DNA of 64,000 bases from Rebecca billardiae RCC1528 (GCA_965240325.2 OZ251243.1:806001-870000), one strand, 5' to 3'; numbered from the stretch's first letter, positions 1 through 11,045 are shown. Notes: a model not told the origin generated them from the letters alone. Translations and numbers: made by a program.

Positions 1-209
1 CCTCACTGGTCAGGCAGACACTGTCGCGGGCGTGTGGCTCGGTGGCGGCACGGGCCGGCCGCGCCCGGGCCGCATGCGGCACGCCTGGCACGGGTGCCGC
101 AACGGTTCAAGCGCAGCAGCCGATCAGTGCCATCGAAGGCGCCAGGCAGCCCGATGCGGCCTAGCGGCCGCCCGACCGCGCGCGGCGCGCAGCGCCGGGG
201 CTCGCGGCC

Positions 210-3200
210 TCAGAACGCGTCGAACGTGCCCGACGGGATTTTGATGTGCGCGTAGGCTTCCTTGTCAGCGTCAGACTCGTCGTATCGGTCGTAGTTGGAG
301 TCGTCTGTGGGGCAGCGGGGTGCGCGCGCCGCCGCGCACAGTGGGCGTGAGCGCACGCCGCGCTCTGCCACCGCCGTCCGCGTCGGCAGCACAGCCCCAC
401 GGCGCGCGCGCCCGCCCGCGAATGCGCGCGCGCGCCCGGCCGCGGCCGCGCACCGAATGGGTTGCTAATGTTGGGCACGTAGGGCGCCTTGAGCTCTTTC
501 CTCTCGAGCGCCGCCCAGTCCATGCCCTTGAAGAAGGGGTGGTCCTTCACCTGCGGGGTTTCGGGCAGGGCGGGCGGCGCGCCGGGGCCGGGCCGCCGTG
601 CGGGCCAGGGCAGGGTGGGCCACGGTGAGCGCGCGCGCGCCCGCCGCACCGTGCGGCCGACGCCGCGGCCGCGCGCGCGCGCCCCCGCTCCGCCACCGCT
701 GCCACCGCCCACCACGGCCCGCCCCGCCGCCGCCGCCGCCGCCGCCGCCGCGTCGGCGCTCGCTCGCTCGGCCTTGCGCGCGCACCTCCTGCCCGTCCGT
801 GGACGCGCCGATCCTGATGGCCGGGTTGACCTCGATCAGCTTGCTCATCAGATGCTTCGCATCTTTGGAGATGCGCGCGGGGTACTTCACCTTGCCACGG
901 ATGATCTTCTGGTAGAGCACCATCGGGTCGCGGTCGGAGAAGGGCGGGTGGCCGGCGATCATCTCGAAGAGCAGCACGCCCACCGTCCACCAGTCCACGC
1001 CGATGTCGTGCGACTTGTTGAGGATGATCTCGGGCGCGAGATATTCGGGTGTGCCGCACAGCGTGAGCGTGCGGTCGAGTACCTGCTTGGCGAAGCCGAA
1101 GTCGACGAGCTTGAGGTAGCCCTTGTCGTCGAAGAGCAGGTTCTCCGGCTTGAGGTCGCGGTACGCGATGCGCCGCTGGTGCATGTACGAGAACGCCGCG
1201 GTCACGCACGACGCGTAAAACTTGGCGTCGGGCTCCGAGAAGGGCCCCGCCGAGTGCATGCGCGAGAAGAGCTCGCCGCCCAGACAGATATCCATGAGCA
1301 TGTAGAGCTTGTCCGCGTCCTGGTACGTGGAGACGAGCTCGATGATGAACGGGTGGTTGCACAGCGCGAGCAGCGACTTCTCCTGCAGGATGTGCTGCTC
1401 CTGCTTCAGGTGCACCACCTGCCGCTTGTCCAGGATCTTGAGCGCGTACGCGCGGCCACTCTTCGTGTCGCGAACGAGCTTGACGCGCCCGAACGTGCCG
1501 ACGCCGAGGGTGCGCCGGTGCTCGAGCTGGGTGAGCGCGATCTTGGCGCGCGAGCCCATGTCGTCGCGCCGCTTGATCTCCGACTCGAACGCGTTGATGA
1601 TCGTCTGCAGCGAGCCGAGCGTCTGGCTGAACACCTTTGACGAAATCGAGTAGCACACGAGCTCGGCCGAGACGCAGCGCACGGTCGCACTCGTCTTCTC
1701 GTGCGTGAGGAGCGAGCGCTCGCCGAAGTAGTCGGAGGGGCCGAGCTTGGCGATCTCCTTGTTCGTGCCGAGCATCCCCTTCCCCTCCGAGAGCACCTGC
1801 ACCGCGCCGCTCTTGATGATGTAGAACGCCTCCCCCGGCCGCCCCTCCTTGATCACGTCGTCGCCCTTCACGTAGCGCACCTCCTTCATCTTGGACGCGA
1901 GGTCGTTGCGCTGCTTGTCGGTGAGCGGGGCGAAGAGGGGCATCGAGTCGATCACCTTGAGCGTGAAGTTGTGCTCCAGCGCCGCCGTGAGCGAGCCGAT
2001 CAGCGCGTGGAAGTCCGACGCCGACAGCCGCAGCACGATCACCTTGCCGTCGGCGATCACGTTGGCGGAGCGCACCGCGTTGATGTTGCGTGCCGACACG
2101 GTCGCGCCGCCCGCCGTCTCCTTGTTGTAGATGGCGTTCTCGCCGAAGAACTCGCCGGCGCGCTGCTTGTGCACGTCCGCCGACTTGGAGAAGTTCTCCG
2201 ACGGGTCCTTCGTGTGGATCATCACCTCGCCCGACTTGATGAAGTACAGCGCGTCCGCAACCTCGCCCTTTTTCACAATGTACTCGCCGTCTGTGTACAC
2301 ACGCGTGACCATCGAGCGCGCGAGCGCCGCGCGCTGCCGGTCCGAGAGGGAGGCGAAGATGGGCACCGACTTGAGGAAGTGCTCGTTGCTCTGCACGTTC
2401 ACCTTCGTCACCGTCCCGCGGAACGCCCGCCGGTCGAGCGCCCACAGCTTGCCCGCCTGCGTGCACCGGATGGTCGCGGCGCGCGGAGAGTTGTACAGTA
2501 GTGCGAGCTCGCCGAAGAGCTTGCCTTCCCTGTACTGCGCGACCGGCCGGTCGCCGTGCTGCGAGATGAACGCCTGCGTGCGAGCGGGTCGGGGCGCGGC
2601 GCGCGCGCCGGGCGCGCCGCGTCAGACGCGCCGCGCGCGCGCCCGCCGCCACCGCGCCACGGGCGCCGCCGCCGCGGGGGGGCGCGGGCCGGGCGCGGGC
2701 CGGCGCAGCGCGGCACAGCGCGGCGCGCGCCGCGCGCGCCTTGAACTCGCCGCTCTCGACGACGTAGAGCTTGTCGCCCTCGTCGCCCTGCACGATCAGG
2801 TCCTCGCCCGCCTTCACCGTCACGGGGAACATCTGCGCCACGAGGTCGCCCACCGTCAGCTCGTCCAGCTCCGCAAACACCGACGCCGCAGCGAGCGAGG
2901 TCACGAGAAACGACGTCACATCGGCCGGCTTGGGGTGGACAACCTGCGTGCCAGGCGCGGCCGCGCGGGAGAGCGCCGGTGGCGCACGCGCGCGGGCTGT
3001 GTGTAAGCATCGGCGCGGCCGCGCCGGCACGGGCCGAGAGCGGAGCAGCACACGCGCCGCGGCCGGCCGCTGCTGTGCGCACGGCGGGGCGCGTGGAGTG
3101 TGCAGCAGGCGCGCGTGCACGCGCGAGCGCACGCGCGCGCGCGCGCACCTTCTTGAAGTTGGTGAGGTCCTCCTCGCCCGTCGTCACGGCTGCGCGGCGG

Positions 3201-3211
3201 GATGTCGTCAT
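210..3211 (-). CDS. Cyclic-nucleotide-dependent protein kinase (PKG-like architecture: 3 CNB domains + AGC kinase), 5 exons
   Basis: Exons 3211-3149, 2943-2740, 2573-786, 550-454 and 304-210 join in frame. CNB motifs FGELALLYNSPRAATI, FFGENAI..RSANV and YFGERSLL..SATV. Kinase motifs GVGTFGRV, YRDLKPEN, DFGFAK, CGTPEYLAPE. AGC tail HPFF..DW..PYVP..DDSNYD..F*. Start codon is uncertain. Confidence 0.9.
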
Positions 3212-3735
3212 ATGCCGGTCATCGTCTCCCGAGCCCGACGACGAGCGCCCCTTCTGCGTGCGCAAAGGGGGGGCCAAAAGTGGTCAGCAAAGGGCGATCG
3301 CCTCGGCGGCGCGCGCTGCAAGGGGCGCGGCTCGGCGGCGCGCGAGGTGATCGGCGTGGCAGGCGCGGCTCTCGTACGTTCCCATCGCCGCGCTGGGACG
3401 AAAAGCAACTCCCCATGGGCGCACCCGCCGCTCGGCCACGCCGAGCGCCCGGTCCAGACTTGGCTCACCCAAGGAGGCGCCTGTGATGCCGCACCGCCTA
3501 TTGGCTCTATGTATCTGGGGCAATCCGGTCCGGGGACTTGCTCGGTGGAGTTCGTCGTCGATTCGCGAGCTTGCTGGGCGCGCGCGCAAGCGTGCTGCCG
3601 CAGCGGGCAGCGGCGCCTCCGATCCTGCGGCAACGGAGCAAGGCCAGCACCCGGACCGGGTCGTAGACTAAGCTCAGACTGAGCTTGTGCAAGTGAGCGA
3701 CGGCAGGCGAGCTTAGGAGTGGTGGCCGGACGATC

Positions 3736-4548
3736 ATGGCGGTCGGTGGCCGCCGCAGCGTCGGGCTGCAAGCGCTCCTGCTGCTGTCGACTGCTCGCCG
3801 ACGGCACGCCTTGACAGACGGCACGCTGCGCCCAGGGGATGGCAACGCGACCGAGGCTCCGGCTGGCCGCACCGTCGTGCTCGAGGTGACGAGCAGCGCC
3901 GAAGCATTGCGCGTATACGTGGCAGGTACAGCAAAGTGGCGCTCCAAAGCGATTGTCATCTTGCCCGATACGTGTGGTTGGGAGAAGAGCGTCCTCCACG
4001 TGGCCGACCGCCTCGCCTCGAAGGGCTTCGTGGTCGCGGCGGCGGACCACTTTCGAGGCCGCGAGTGGTCGGCCTCCGTCTCGGTGGCCGACGTGCACGC
4101 CGAGTTGCTCGAGGTCGTGATCCCGTATTTGGAGGAGGAGTACGCTGCGAGCGTGGTGGGGCTTCTTGGCTTCGGATGGGGGGGGCAGCGCGCGCTGGAC
4201 CTCGCCCACGAGCGGCAGCATGTGGGCGCAGTCGTCGTCGTGCACGGCACCGCGCTGACAACCGGCGCGGCCGCGCTGGCACGCGTGCCCGTTGCGCTGT
4301 ACGCAGCTCGCAACGATCCCGACCTCGTCCCACTGCGTGCCGCCCTCGAGCGAGCCGTCGTGCGCGACAGCTGCGAGGTGAGGCTGTTTGATGGCCTGCC
4401 CCCCAGCCCATGTGCCAGCAGTGGCGTCGATTGGTCCGACGCGGCCACTGCAGCGGGTGTGGCTGATGTGCTGAGCAGGACGAGCTCCTTCTTCCGGGAG
4501 CACCTGAACATCTTCCACGCAGAGCTCGGCGAGAAGGACGAGTTGTAG
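3736..4548 (+). CDS. Dienelactone hydrolase-family alpha/beta hydrolase-like protein, probably catalytically inactive
   Basis: AIVILPD..GW....VADRLASKGFVVAAAD.F.G, VGLLGFGWGG, VVVHG, PVALYAARND. Possible N-terminal targeting peptide. Confidence 0.75.
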   Translation: MAVGGRRSVGLQALLLLSTARRRHALTDGTLRPGDGNATEAPAGRTVVLEVTSSAEALRVYVAGTAKWRSKAIVILPDTCGWEKSVLHVADRLASKGFVVAAADHFRGREWSASVSVADVHAELLEVVIPYLEEEYAASVVGLLGFGWGGQRALDLAHERQHVGAVVVVHGTALTTGAAALARVPVALYAARNDPDLVPLRAALERAVVRDSCEVRLFDGLPPSPCASSGVDWSDAATAAGVADVLSRTSSFFREHLNIFHAELGEKDEL

Positions 4549-4903
4549 CTCTGAGAGAGTGAGTGTCATCTGCGCGGCGCGGAATGCACTGCGCCGAATC
4601 GAGACGATTATGCCGCCGTCATGCATGCGAGTGACGACTGCTGCTCAGCGCCACTCAGATGTATTACGCGCGTGTTTTTTTTTTCGCGCGCGCGCATTTT
4701 ATTCGCCGCATGACCTGGGCATACCGTCTGATGAACAGTGGAGCCGCCACCCGCCACCGCCGTTACAGATGCAAGCGCACGCACTGGTGGCAGCAGCAAG
4801 CAGGCTGCCGCAGCAGCATGCCTGTCGCTGCCCCTGCTGCCTAGGGCAAGCACGTTGGCAAACGCGTGACCCCCGCGCGAGGGCGCCGGGCGGCGAGGCA
4901 GGC

Positions 4904-6766
4904 ATGTCCGCGAAGGGCAAGATCGAGGAGCTGCAGGCCAAGCTGCGCGAGCGCGAGGCCGAGCTCGCGCGCAAGGAGGCCGCGCTGCAGGAGAGCTCGC
5001 GCGCCGCCGAGTCGGCCCGGTCGGAGCTCGCCGCGCGCAAGTCGCAGCTCGAGAAGACGTCCGAGATGCTGCGCAAGGCGACGGCGGAGAAGGCGGCGGC
5101 GCGGTCGGAGCAGGCGCTCCTCGCCGAGCAGCTGCAGCGCATCGAGGCCAACGCCGGCGGCGCCGCCAAGGAGGCGCAGCAGCGTGAGCTCGACGCCGAG
5201 TCGCGCGCGCGCGCCAAGGCGGCTGCCGAGGCGCTCGCGCTGCAGCGGCTGGAGGAGGTAGAGGGGCGGCTGCAGGGGGCGGTGGCGCAGCGCAACCAGC
5301 TCGAGGCGCAGCTCGCCAGCCGCGCCAAGGAGCTCGACGCGCTCAGCTCCGCGCGCGAGGCCGAGCAGCAGGCTCTCTCTGACGCGGCCGCCCGGGCGGC
5401 GGAGCTCGAGCGACTGAGAGACTCGGCGGCGGAGCAGGCGGCGGCGGTGGAGGCGCGGCTGGCGGCGGTGCTGCAGCGCGAGGAGGCGCTCGCCTCGGAG
5501 CTGCGCAGCGCCAAGGACGGCCTCACCGACTCGGAGCGCCAGCTCGGCGCGCTCAGGACCGCGCACGCCGCCGACGCCAAGGCGGTCGCCGAGATGCAAT
5601 CTCGGCTGAGCGCCCTGGACAGCGCCCAGGCGGCGGAGGCGGGGGCGGCGCAGGCGCACAAGGTGGCGGCGGAGCAGCTGGCGAAGGAGCTGGGCGTGCT
5701 TGAGGAGGAGCTCGCGCGCAAGCAGGCCGCCGTCGACGAGCTCGAGAGGCTCGCCGCCGCGCAGCGCGACAAGCTGAGCGTCGCCGAGGCCGCGCTTGCC
5801 TCGCTCTCGGCTGAGGCTGCCGAGGCGCGCGCGGCGCGCGAACGGCTGCAAGCTAACCTGGAGAGCGCGCGCGCCGAGCTCGACGCGGCGCGCGACGCGG
5901 TGCGCCGGCTCGAGGCGCAGCTCGCGCAGCGCGGCCGGTGGATCGAGTCGCTCGAGACCTCGTCGCGCCTGCACCGCGAGCAGCTCGCCAAACTCTTCGA
6001 GCAGCTCCAAGCGGCGCAGCGCGCCGCGCGAGATGGCGCGGAGGAGGCCAAGCGAGCGGCGGCGCGCGCGGTGGACGCGGAGGGAGCGGTCGCCGCGGCG
6101 GCGAAGACCGCGGCCGAGGCGGGCGGCGCGGGCAGCGGCGGTGGCACAGGCGCCGCCGCCGACGACGACGACTCCTCAGAGGGCGGCGAGCGGCTGGGCT
6201 CGCCGAGCCGCGGCGCGCGCGAGGCTGTCGCCGCCGCAGCCAAGCGCGAGGCCGCCGCCATCGCCGAGCGGGATGAGCTGGCCGCCGAGCTCGCCGGCGC
6301 GCACGAGCAGCTCGCCGCGGCGAGCGGCGCCGCGGCGAAGGCGGCGAGGCAGCTCAAGGCGCGCACCGCGAAGCTGCGCGCCGCGCGCGAGGAGCTCGAG
6401 GCCGCGCAGGACGAGATCTCGCGGCTCTCGGCCGAGCTGAGCGAAGCGCAGGCCGCGGTCGCGGCTGGCGAGGGTCGCTCGCACGAGGCCGTGCGGCAGG
6501 CGGAGGCCGCGCTCGCCGACGCGCGCGCCGCGCTCGCCGAGCGCACGAAGGAGGTCGACCTCCTGAAGGAGATGGTCCGCGCGATCCGAGGCGAGGCGAA
6601 GACCAAGGAGCTGCAGAACCAGGCGCTGCGCCGGAAGGTGCGCGTGAAGGGAGAGACCGTCTCGCCGCCCGCGGGTGGGAGGGGGGCGGGAGGCGTGCGC
6701 GCGGCCGGCGGCGCGGCCGGCGGCAGAAGCCCGCCGCCCAACATGATGATGCGGGTGGAGGATTGA
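4904..6766 (+). CDS. Long coiled-coil protein of unknown function
   Basis: From MSAKGKIEELQAKL, about 600 aa of E/A/L/Q/R/K heptad-like sequence with strong GC3 coding bias. The true 3' end could be spliced. Confidence 0.75.
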   Translation: MSAKGKIEELQAKLREREAELARKEAALQESSRAAESARSELAARKSQLEKTSEMLRKATAEKAAARSEQALLAEQLQRIEANAGGAAKEAQQRELDAESRARAKAAAEALALQRLEEVEGRLQGAVAQRNQLEAQLASRAKELDALSSAREAEQQALSDAAARAAELERLRDSAAEQAAAVEARLAAVLQREEALASELRSAKDGLTDSERQLGALRTAHAADAKAVAEMQSRLSALDSAQAAEAGAAQAHKVAAEQLAKELGVLEEELARKQAAVDELERLAAAQRDKLSVAEAALASLSAEAAEARAARERLQANLESARAELDAARDAVRRLEAQLAQRGRWIESLETSSRLHREQLAKLFEQLQAAQRAARDGAEEAKRAAARAVDAEGAVAAAAKTAAEAGGAGSGGGTGAAADDDDSSEGGERLGSPSRGAREAVAAAAKREAAAIAERDELAAELAGAHEQLAAASGAAAKAARQLKARTAKLRAAREELEAAQDEISRLSAELSEAQAAVAAGEGRSHEAVRQAEAALADARAALAERTKEVDLLKEMVRAIRGEAKTKELQNQALRRKVRVKGETVSPPAGGRGAGGVRAAGGAAGGRSPPPNMMMRVED

Positions 6767-6960
6767 GTGCGGCTCGTCATCATGATCGCCGCCCCGCGCA
6801 CGGCCCGACGGTTGCGCCGTCAGGTATCTTACTTACTGCCGTAACTAACCAGGCACGGGACGTTCAGTTGTTGGAGAGCACTCCGCACCCTTTATTTTGA
6901 ATTTATTTCATGGTCCTTTAAGCTTAACCCTATATTGGTGGGCAGACTGCTGAGGAAAGC

Positions 6961-8706
6961 ATGGCTGCAAACGTCCATGGCCGAACCTGTGATGAGGCCG
7001 GCTGCACAAAGTTGCCAGTATTCGGCATGCCGGGTGCGCGGCGCAGCCGGTGCGCTGAGCACAAGCTGGCCGGCATGGTCGATGTGAGGAACCGCAAGTG
7101 TGATCACGCTGGCTGCACCAAGCAGCCTTTGTTCGGCATGCCGGGCGACGCGCGCGCCAGCCGGTGCGCTGAGCACAAGCTGGCCGGCATGGTCGACGTG
7201 GTGAGCCGCAAGTGTGATCACGCAGGCTGCACCAAGCAGCCTTCGTTCGGCATGCCGGGCGACGCGCGCGCCAGCCGGTGCGCTGAGCACAAGCTGGCCG
7301 GCATGGTCAATGTGAGGAGCTCCAAGTGTGATCACGCAGGCTGCACCAAGCAGCCTTTGTTCGGCATGCCGGGCGACGCGCGCGCCAGCCGGTGCGCTGA
7401 GCACAAGCTGGCCGGCATGGTCGATGTGAGGAACCGCAAGTGTGATCACGCTGGCTGCACCGCACAGCCTTCATTCGGCATGCCGGGCGACGCGCGCGCC
7501 AGCCGGTGCGCTGAGCACAAGCTGGCCGGCATGGTCGACGTGGTGAGCCGCAAGTGTGATCACGCAGGCTGCACCAAGTGGCCTTCGTTCGGCATGCCGG
7601 GCGACGCGCGCGCCAGCCGGTGCGCTGAGCACAAGCTGGCCGGCATGGTCAATGTGAGGAGCTCCAAGTGTGATCACGCAGGCTGCACCAAGCAGCCTTC
7701 GTTTGGCATGCCGGGCGACGCGCGCGCCAGCCGGTGCGCTGAGCACAAGCTGGCCGGCATGGTCGATGTGAGGAGCTCCAAGTGTGATCACGCAGGCTGC
7801 ACCAAGCGGCCTTCGCTTGGCATGCCGGGCGACGCGCGCGCGAGCCGGTGCGCTGAGCACAAGCTGGCTGGCATGGTCAACGTGATGATCCGCAAGTGTG
7901 ATCACGCCGGCTGCACCGCACAGCCTTCATTCGGCATGCCGGGCGACGTGCGCGCCAGCCGGTGCGCAGCGCACAAGCTGGCCGGCATGGTCAATGTGAG
8001 GAGCTCCAAGTGTGATCACGCAGGCTGCACCAAGCAGCCTTCGTTTGGCATGCCGGGCGACGCGCGCGCCAGCTGGTGCGCTGAGCACAAGCTGGCCGGC
8101 ATGGTCGACGTGAAGAGCCGCAAGTGTGATCACGCAGGCTGCACCAAGCAGCCTTTGTTCGGCATGCCGGGCGACGCGCGCGCCAGCCGGTGCGCTGAGC
8201 ACAAGCTGGCCGGCATGGTCAATGTGAGGAGCTCCAAGTGTGATCACGCAGGCTGCACCAAGCAGCCTTTGTTCGGCATGCCGGGCGACGCGCGCGCCAG
8301 CCGGTGCGCTGAGCACAAGCTGGCCGGCATGCTTCCGCTGTCACATGGCAACAGCGGCGTTCACGTGGCCCAGAGCTCTGGCGCAATGCTCTCCCAGATC
8401 GGTTCCAGCAAACGTCCCCGAGCGCAGCACTGCGATGCCGATGGGCCTGCACGTGCTGCGCGTGCAAGGCCCAGCACTGCTCCGCTGCCAGCCAATGCAA
8501 CAGGCTGGCCACAAGTCGAGTTGACTGTGTCTCCAATGCTACTACCAATTGTCGTGGGCGAAGAATTCCCCCCCTCTGGCTCGATGCACCCGCAGGTGGG
8601 ACACCATCAGCCTCACGATCCAGTGTCCGTGTCGGTGCTCCCGCAAGAGCCAGAGCTCCCCGTGGTGACTGTGGGTCAGATCGACTTTACCACGCGCGCT
8701 GGTTGA
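6961..8706 (+). CDS. EsV-1-7 cysteine-rich (C-x4-C...C-x2-H) repeat protein, 12 repeats
   Basis: Intronless 581-aa ORF. Unit CDHAGCTKQPSFGMPGDARASRCAEHKLAGMVDVxxxK matches the EsV-1-7 motif pattern. The C-terminal tail contains NLS-like SSKRPR. Confidence 0.8.
   Translation: MAANVHGRTCDEAGCTKLPVFGMPGARRSRCAEHKLAGMVDVRNRKCDHAGCTKQPLFGMPGDARASRCAEHKLAGMVDVVSRKCDHAGCTKQPSFGMPGDARASRCAEHKLAGMVNVRSSKCDHAGCTKQPLFGMPGDARASRCAEHKLAGMVDVRNRKCDHAGCTAQPSFGMPGDARASRCAEHKLAGMVDVVSRKCDHAGCTKWPSFGMPGDARASRCAEHKLAGMVNVRSSKCDHAGCTKQPSFGMPGDARASRCAEHKLAGMVDVRSSKCDHAGCTKRPSLGMPGDARASRCAEHKLAGMVNVMIRKCDHAGCTAQPSFGMPGDVRASRCAAHKLAGMVNVRSSKCDHAGCTKQPSFGMPGDARASWCAEHKLAGMVDVKSRKCDHAGCTKQPLFGMPGDARASRCAEHKLAGMVNVRSSKCDHAGCTKQPLFGMPGDARASRCAEHKLAGMLPLSHGNSGVHVAQSSGAMLSQIGSSKRPRAQHCDADGPARAARARPSTAPLPANATGWPQVELTVSPMLLPIVVGEEFPPSGSMHPQVGHHQPHDPVSVSVLPQEPELPVVTVGQIDFTTRAG
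6988..8331 (+). repeat. 114-bp coding tandem repeat, 12 copies
   Basis: Near-identical units (tgtgatcacgcaggctgcaccaagcagcct...cacaagctggccggcatggtc) visible directly. Confidence 0.95.
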
Positions 8707-9108
8707 TGCCGCGGTCTGGCCGGAGTCGTGAAGCAGGAGCAGTGGTCGGCGTTCAAGCGCGACGACCCGGCGGAGGCGCTCGAGCTGATGGATCATCGAG
8801 GCACTCGGGCTGTGCCTGTGGGCATGGCCACGCAGTAGCGCCGTCTCGTCGGCGCGACAGGCCCAAGTTTGACGAAGTTACGACCGCCATCATCAAGTAG
8901 TAGAGAGAGAGATCGCCAGACGGAGATCATCGCAGGTCAGCATCAGGACGCGACGACATCACGCGCGCGTATATACCGCCGGGAGTGACTCAGCCTGACC
9001 GTTCTGACTCTCAGCGCAGTTCGCTTGCTGATGAGACTAGCAGTCGTAGTCGTAGTCGTGTACAGCCTGATTAGATGATGATCGATCATGTACTGTAATG
9101 ACATATAT

Positions 9109-11045
9109 GACCGCGTTCCGCGGTCCTTTCGTAGAACCAACGTAGTTAGGGGCCCGCGGTGCCGACTCTCTGTCGGCTTGCTAACCGAATAAGCCAGCAG
9201 TATGTATCGTCATACAGACGCTGTCTGTCATCTAATTATTATAGTCTGACCGTCGGTGCCAACCAACAGTTCGCCTGTGAGCAGTGCCATGCTACGGCTC
9301 ACTCAGTTGCCCGCCCACTGGCTCCGGGCCCGGGCTGCGGCCCGGGGGCCGAGCGAGGACTCTGGATCGCCGATGGCGATACGGCCCGAGTCCGGCGACT
9401 AACTACTGCCGCATGGGCCATGCCACTCGTCAAGCCTCAAGAGTCAAGAGTCAAGGCTCCGGCTCGCAGCGGCACGTCGCCGTCGGCTTGCCTCGGCAAC
9501 TCGGCCGGGGCCGATGGCGATGCCCGATGCCGATGGCGATGCCGATGGCAGCCCGGGGCCGCACGCCCCGCCACCGGATTCCGGAATGGCTGCGCGGCTA
9601 CAGTAGTCCCGCGACCCGGGGCCGCCCGGCGCCAGCGGGGTGACGGCCAGCCCCGGAGGCGGTTGCGACCAGTCCCTCGAGTAGTCTCGGGGCAGCGCAC
9701 GCGCAGGGTGCGTGAATAAATCTTGCAGCAGCTGCAGCAGTTGTGCGGCTCCGTCGCCAGCCCATCGTCGCGACGCGGAAGACGCGCGGTGGCGGCGGCG
9801 CGGTCTCGGGGCAGCGCACGCGCAGGGTGCGTGAATCTTGCAGCAGCTGCAGGTTGTGCGGCTCCATCGAGCCCATCGTCGCGACGCGGAGGACAGTAGA
9901 CGAAGACCAGCTTGAGTGAACACGGCCTGCGAAGTGCGAGCGAGTCGACCGGGAACAGTCACGGGTCGCGAGTGCCACTCGCCCAGAAGCGACGTCTGCG
10001 TGGGGTGCGCGTCGGGCAGGCCCAAGAAGATGCGCAGCATCATGTTCAGGCCCACTAGGCCCAGCGCCTCGATCACCACCTGCTTCTTCGCTGTGTTGAT
10101 CATCTTCACTGCCGCGGTTCGCGCCGAGTTTGACTGGCGGCCGCACGCCCCGGCGGCGGGCACGGCCCGTGCGCTCGCCGTCCTCACCCGTCCTGACGCG
10201 GCGGCGGTCCTGGATGCACTGCGGCACCTGGCCTGAACCCGCGTGCCACGCCACGCGCCGCCGCCGGGCGAGGCGTCGGCGGCGGCCGCCTCCGCCGCCA
10301 ACGCGGCACGTCGCGCTGATCTGCGGTGCGAGCTGACCAGTCCTGAGCAACCGCTTCAAAATCAAATAGCCTGAGTAACCCCATAAATAAGGTAGTTGGC
10401 GCGTAAGATCGAATGGAGATAGATAGCGACTACGGTTATCTTTGTTTTGGCAATAATCAGAACTACACGAGATAATCGCGTTTACGGCGATCTCCATTAG
10501 CGGTCGTAGCTCCCGTAGCTCCAATTAACGGTTTTGCTGGGATCCTTCGCGTAAGATCGAATGGAGATAGATAGTGATCACGGTTATCTCTGCTTCGGCA
10601 AGAATCAAAACCAAACGAGATAATAGCGTTTACGGCGATCTCCATTAGGTCGTAGCTCCCGTAGCTCCAATTAAACGGTTTTGCTGGGATCCTTCTCATA
10701 ACAAGTTTTTGACTCGAAACAATCAAACGTCGCTCGGCAAACTCGTACTCCAGCATACAAGAATGACAAAAATACTCACTTGTTTCACCCCCGGGGTATC
10801 TGATCCCACGTCCGTCCATCGACTTATGCGGAATGGCGTGGGCGCGCTTATTTCGTCAAGCGCGTAGTTGCTAATGCAGAGCACTATGGGCCAACGTACC
10901 CCTCGAAAAAGCGAAAACTCACCCTCCAACACCCCTCAAAATCGTCCCCCGTCCCCTTTTCTTTGATCAAAAGATCTTTTTGACAACGTAGTGAGGGCCC
11001 CCGGCGGGGCTCCACGCTACGCGCTCCGCCCTACACCGCGGGCCA
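9109..11045 (-). mobile_element. Non-autonomous Helitron2/Helentron-like element, copy 1
   Basis: Terminal hairpin GACCGCG-ttc-CGCGGTC at 9109-9125. Subterminal GGCCCGCGGTG (9151-9161) is inverted relative to terminal CACCGCGGGCC (11034-11044). Both ends are shared with 22271-24301 and 59511-61126. Confidence 0.75.
10400..10694. repeat. 148-bp tandem duplication with nested internal inverted repeats (inside element copy 1)
   Basis: Units start at 10400 and 10548 (cgcgtaagatcgaatggagat...gctgggatcctt). Each contains AATGGAGAT..TTATCT..AGATAA..ATCTCCATT. Confidence 0.9.

Noticed and set aside
4559-4903. N-terminal extension of the coiled-coil ORF
   Set aside because: It has a non-ATG start and UTR-like composition with a poly-T run. 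Coding bias begins at ATG 4904.
6988-8331. CRISPR-like or TALE-like array
   Set aside because: The units are contiguous with no unique spacers and encode a Cys/His zinc-type repeat, not TALE repeats. The context is eukaryotic with no cas genes.
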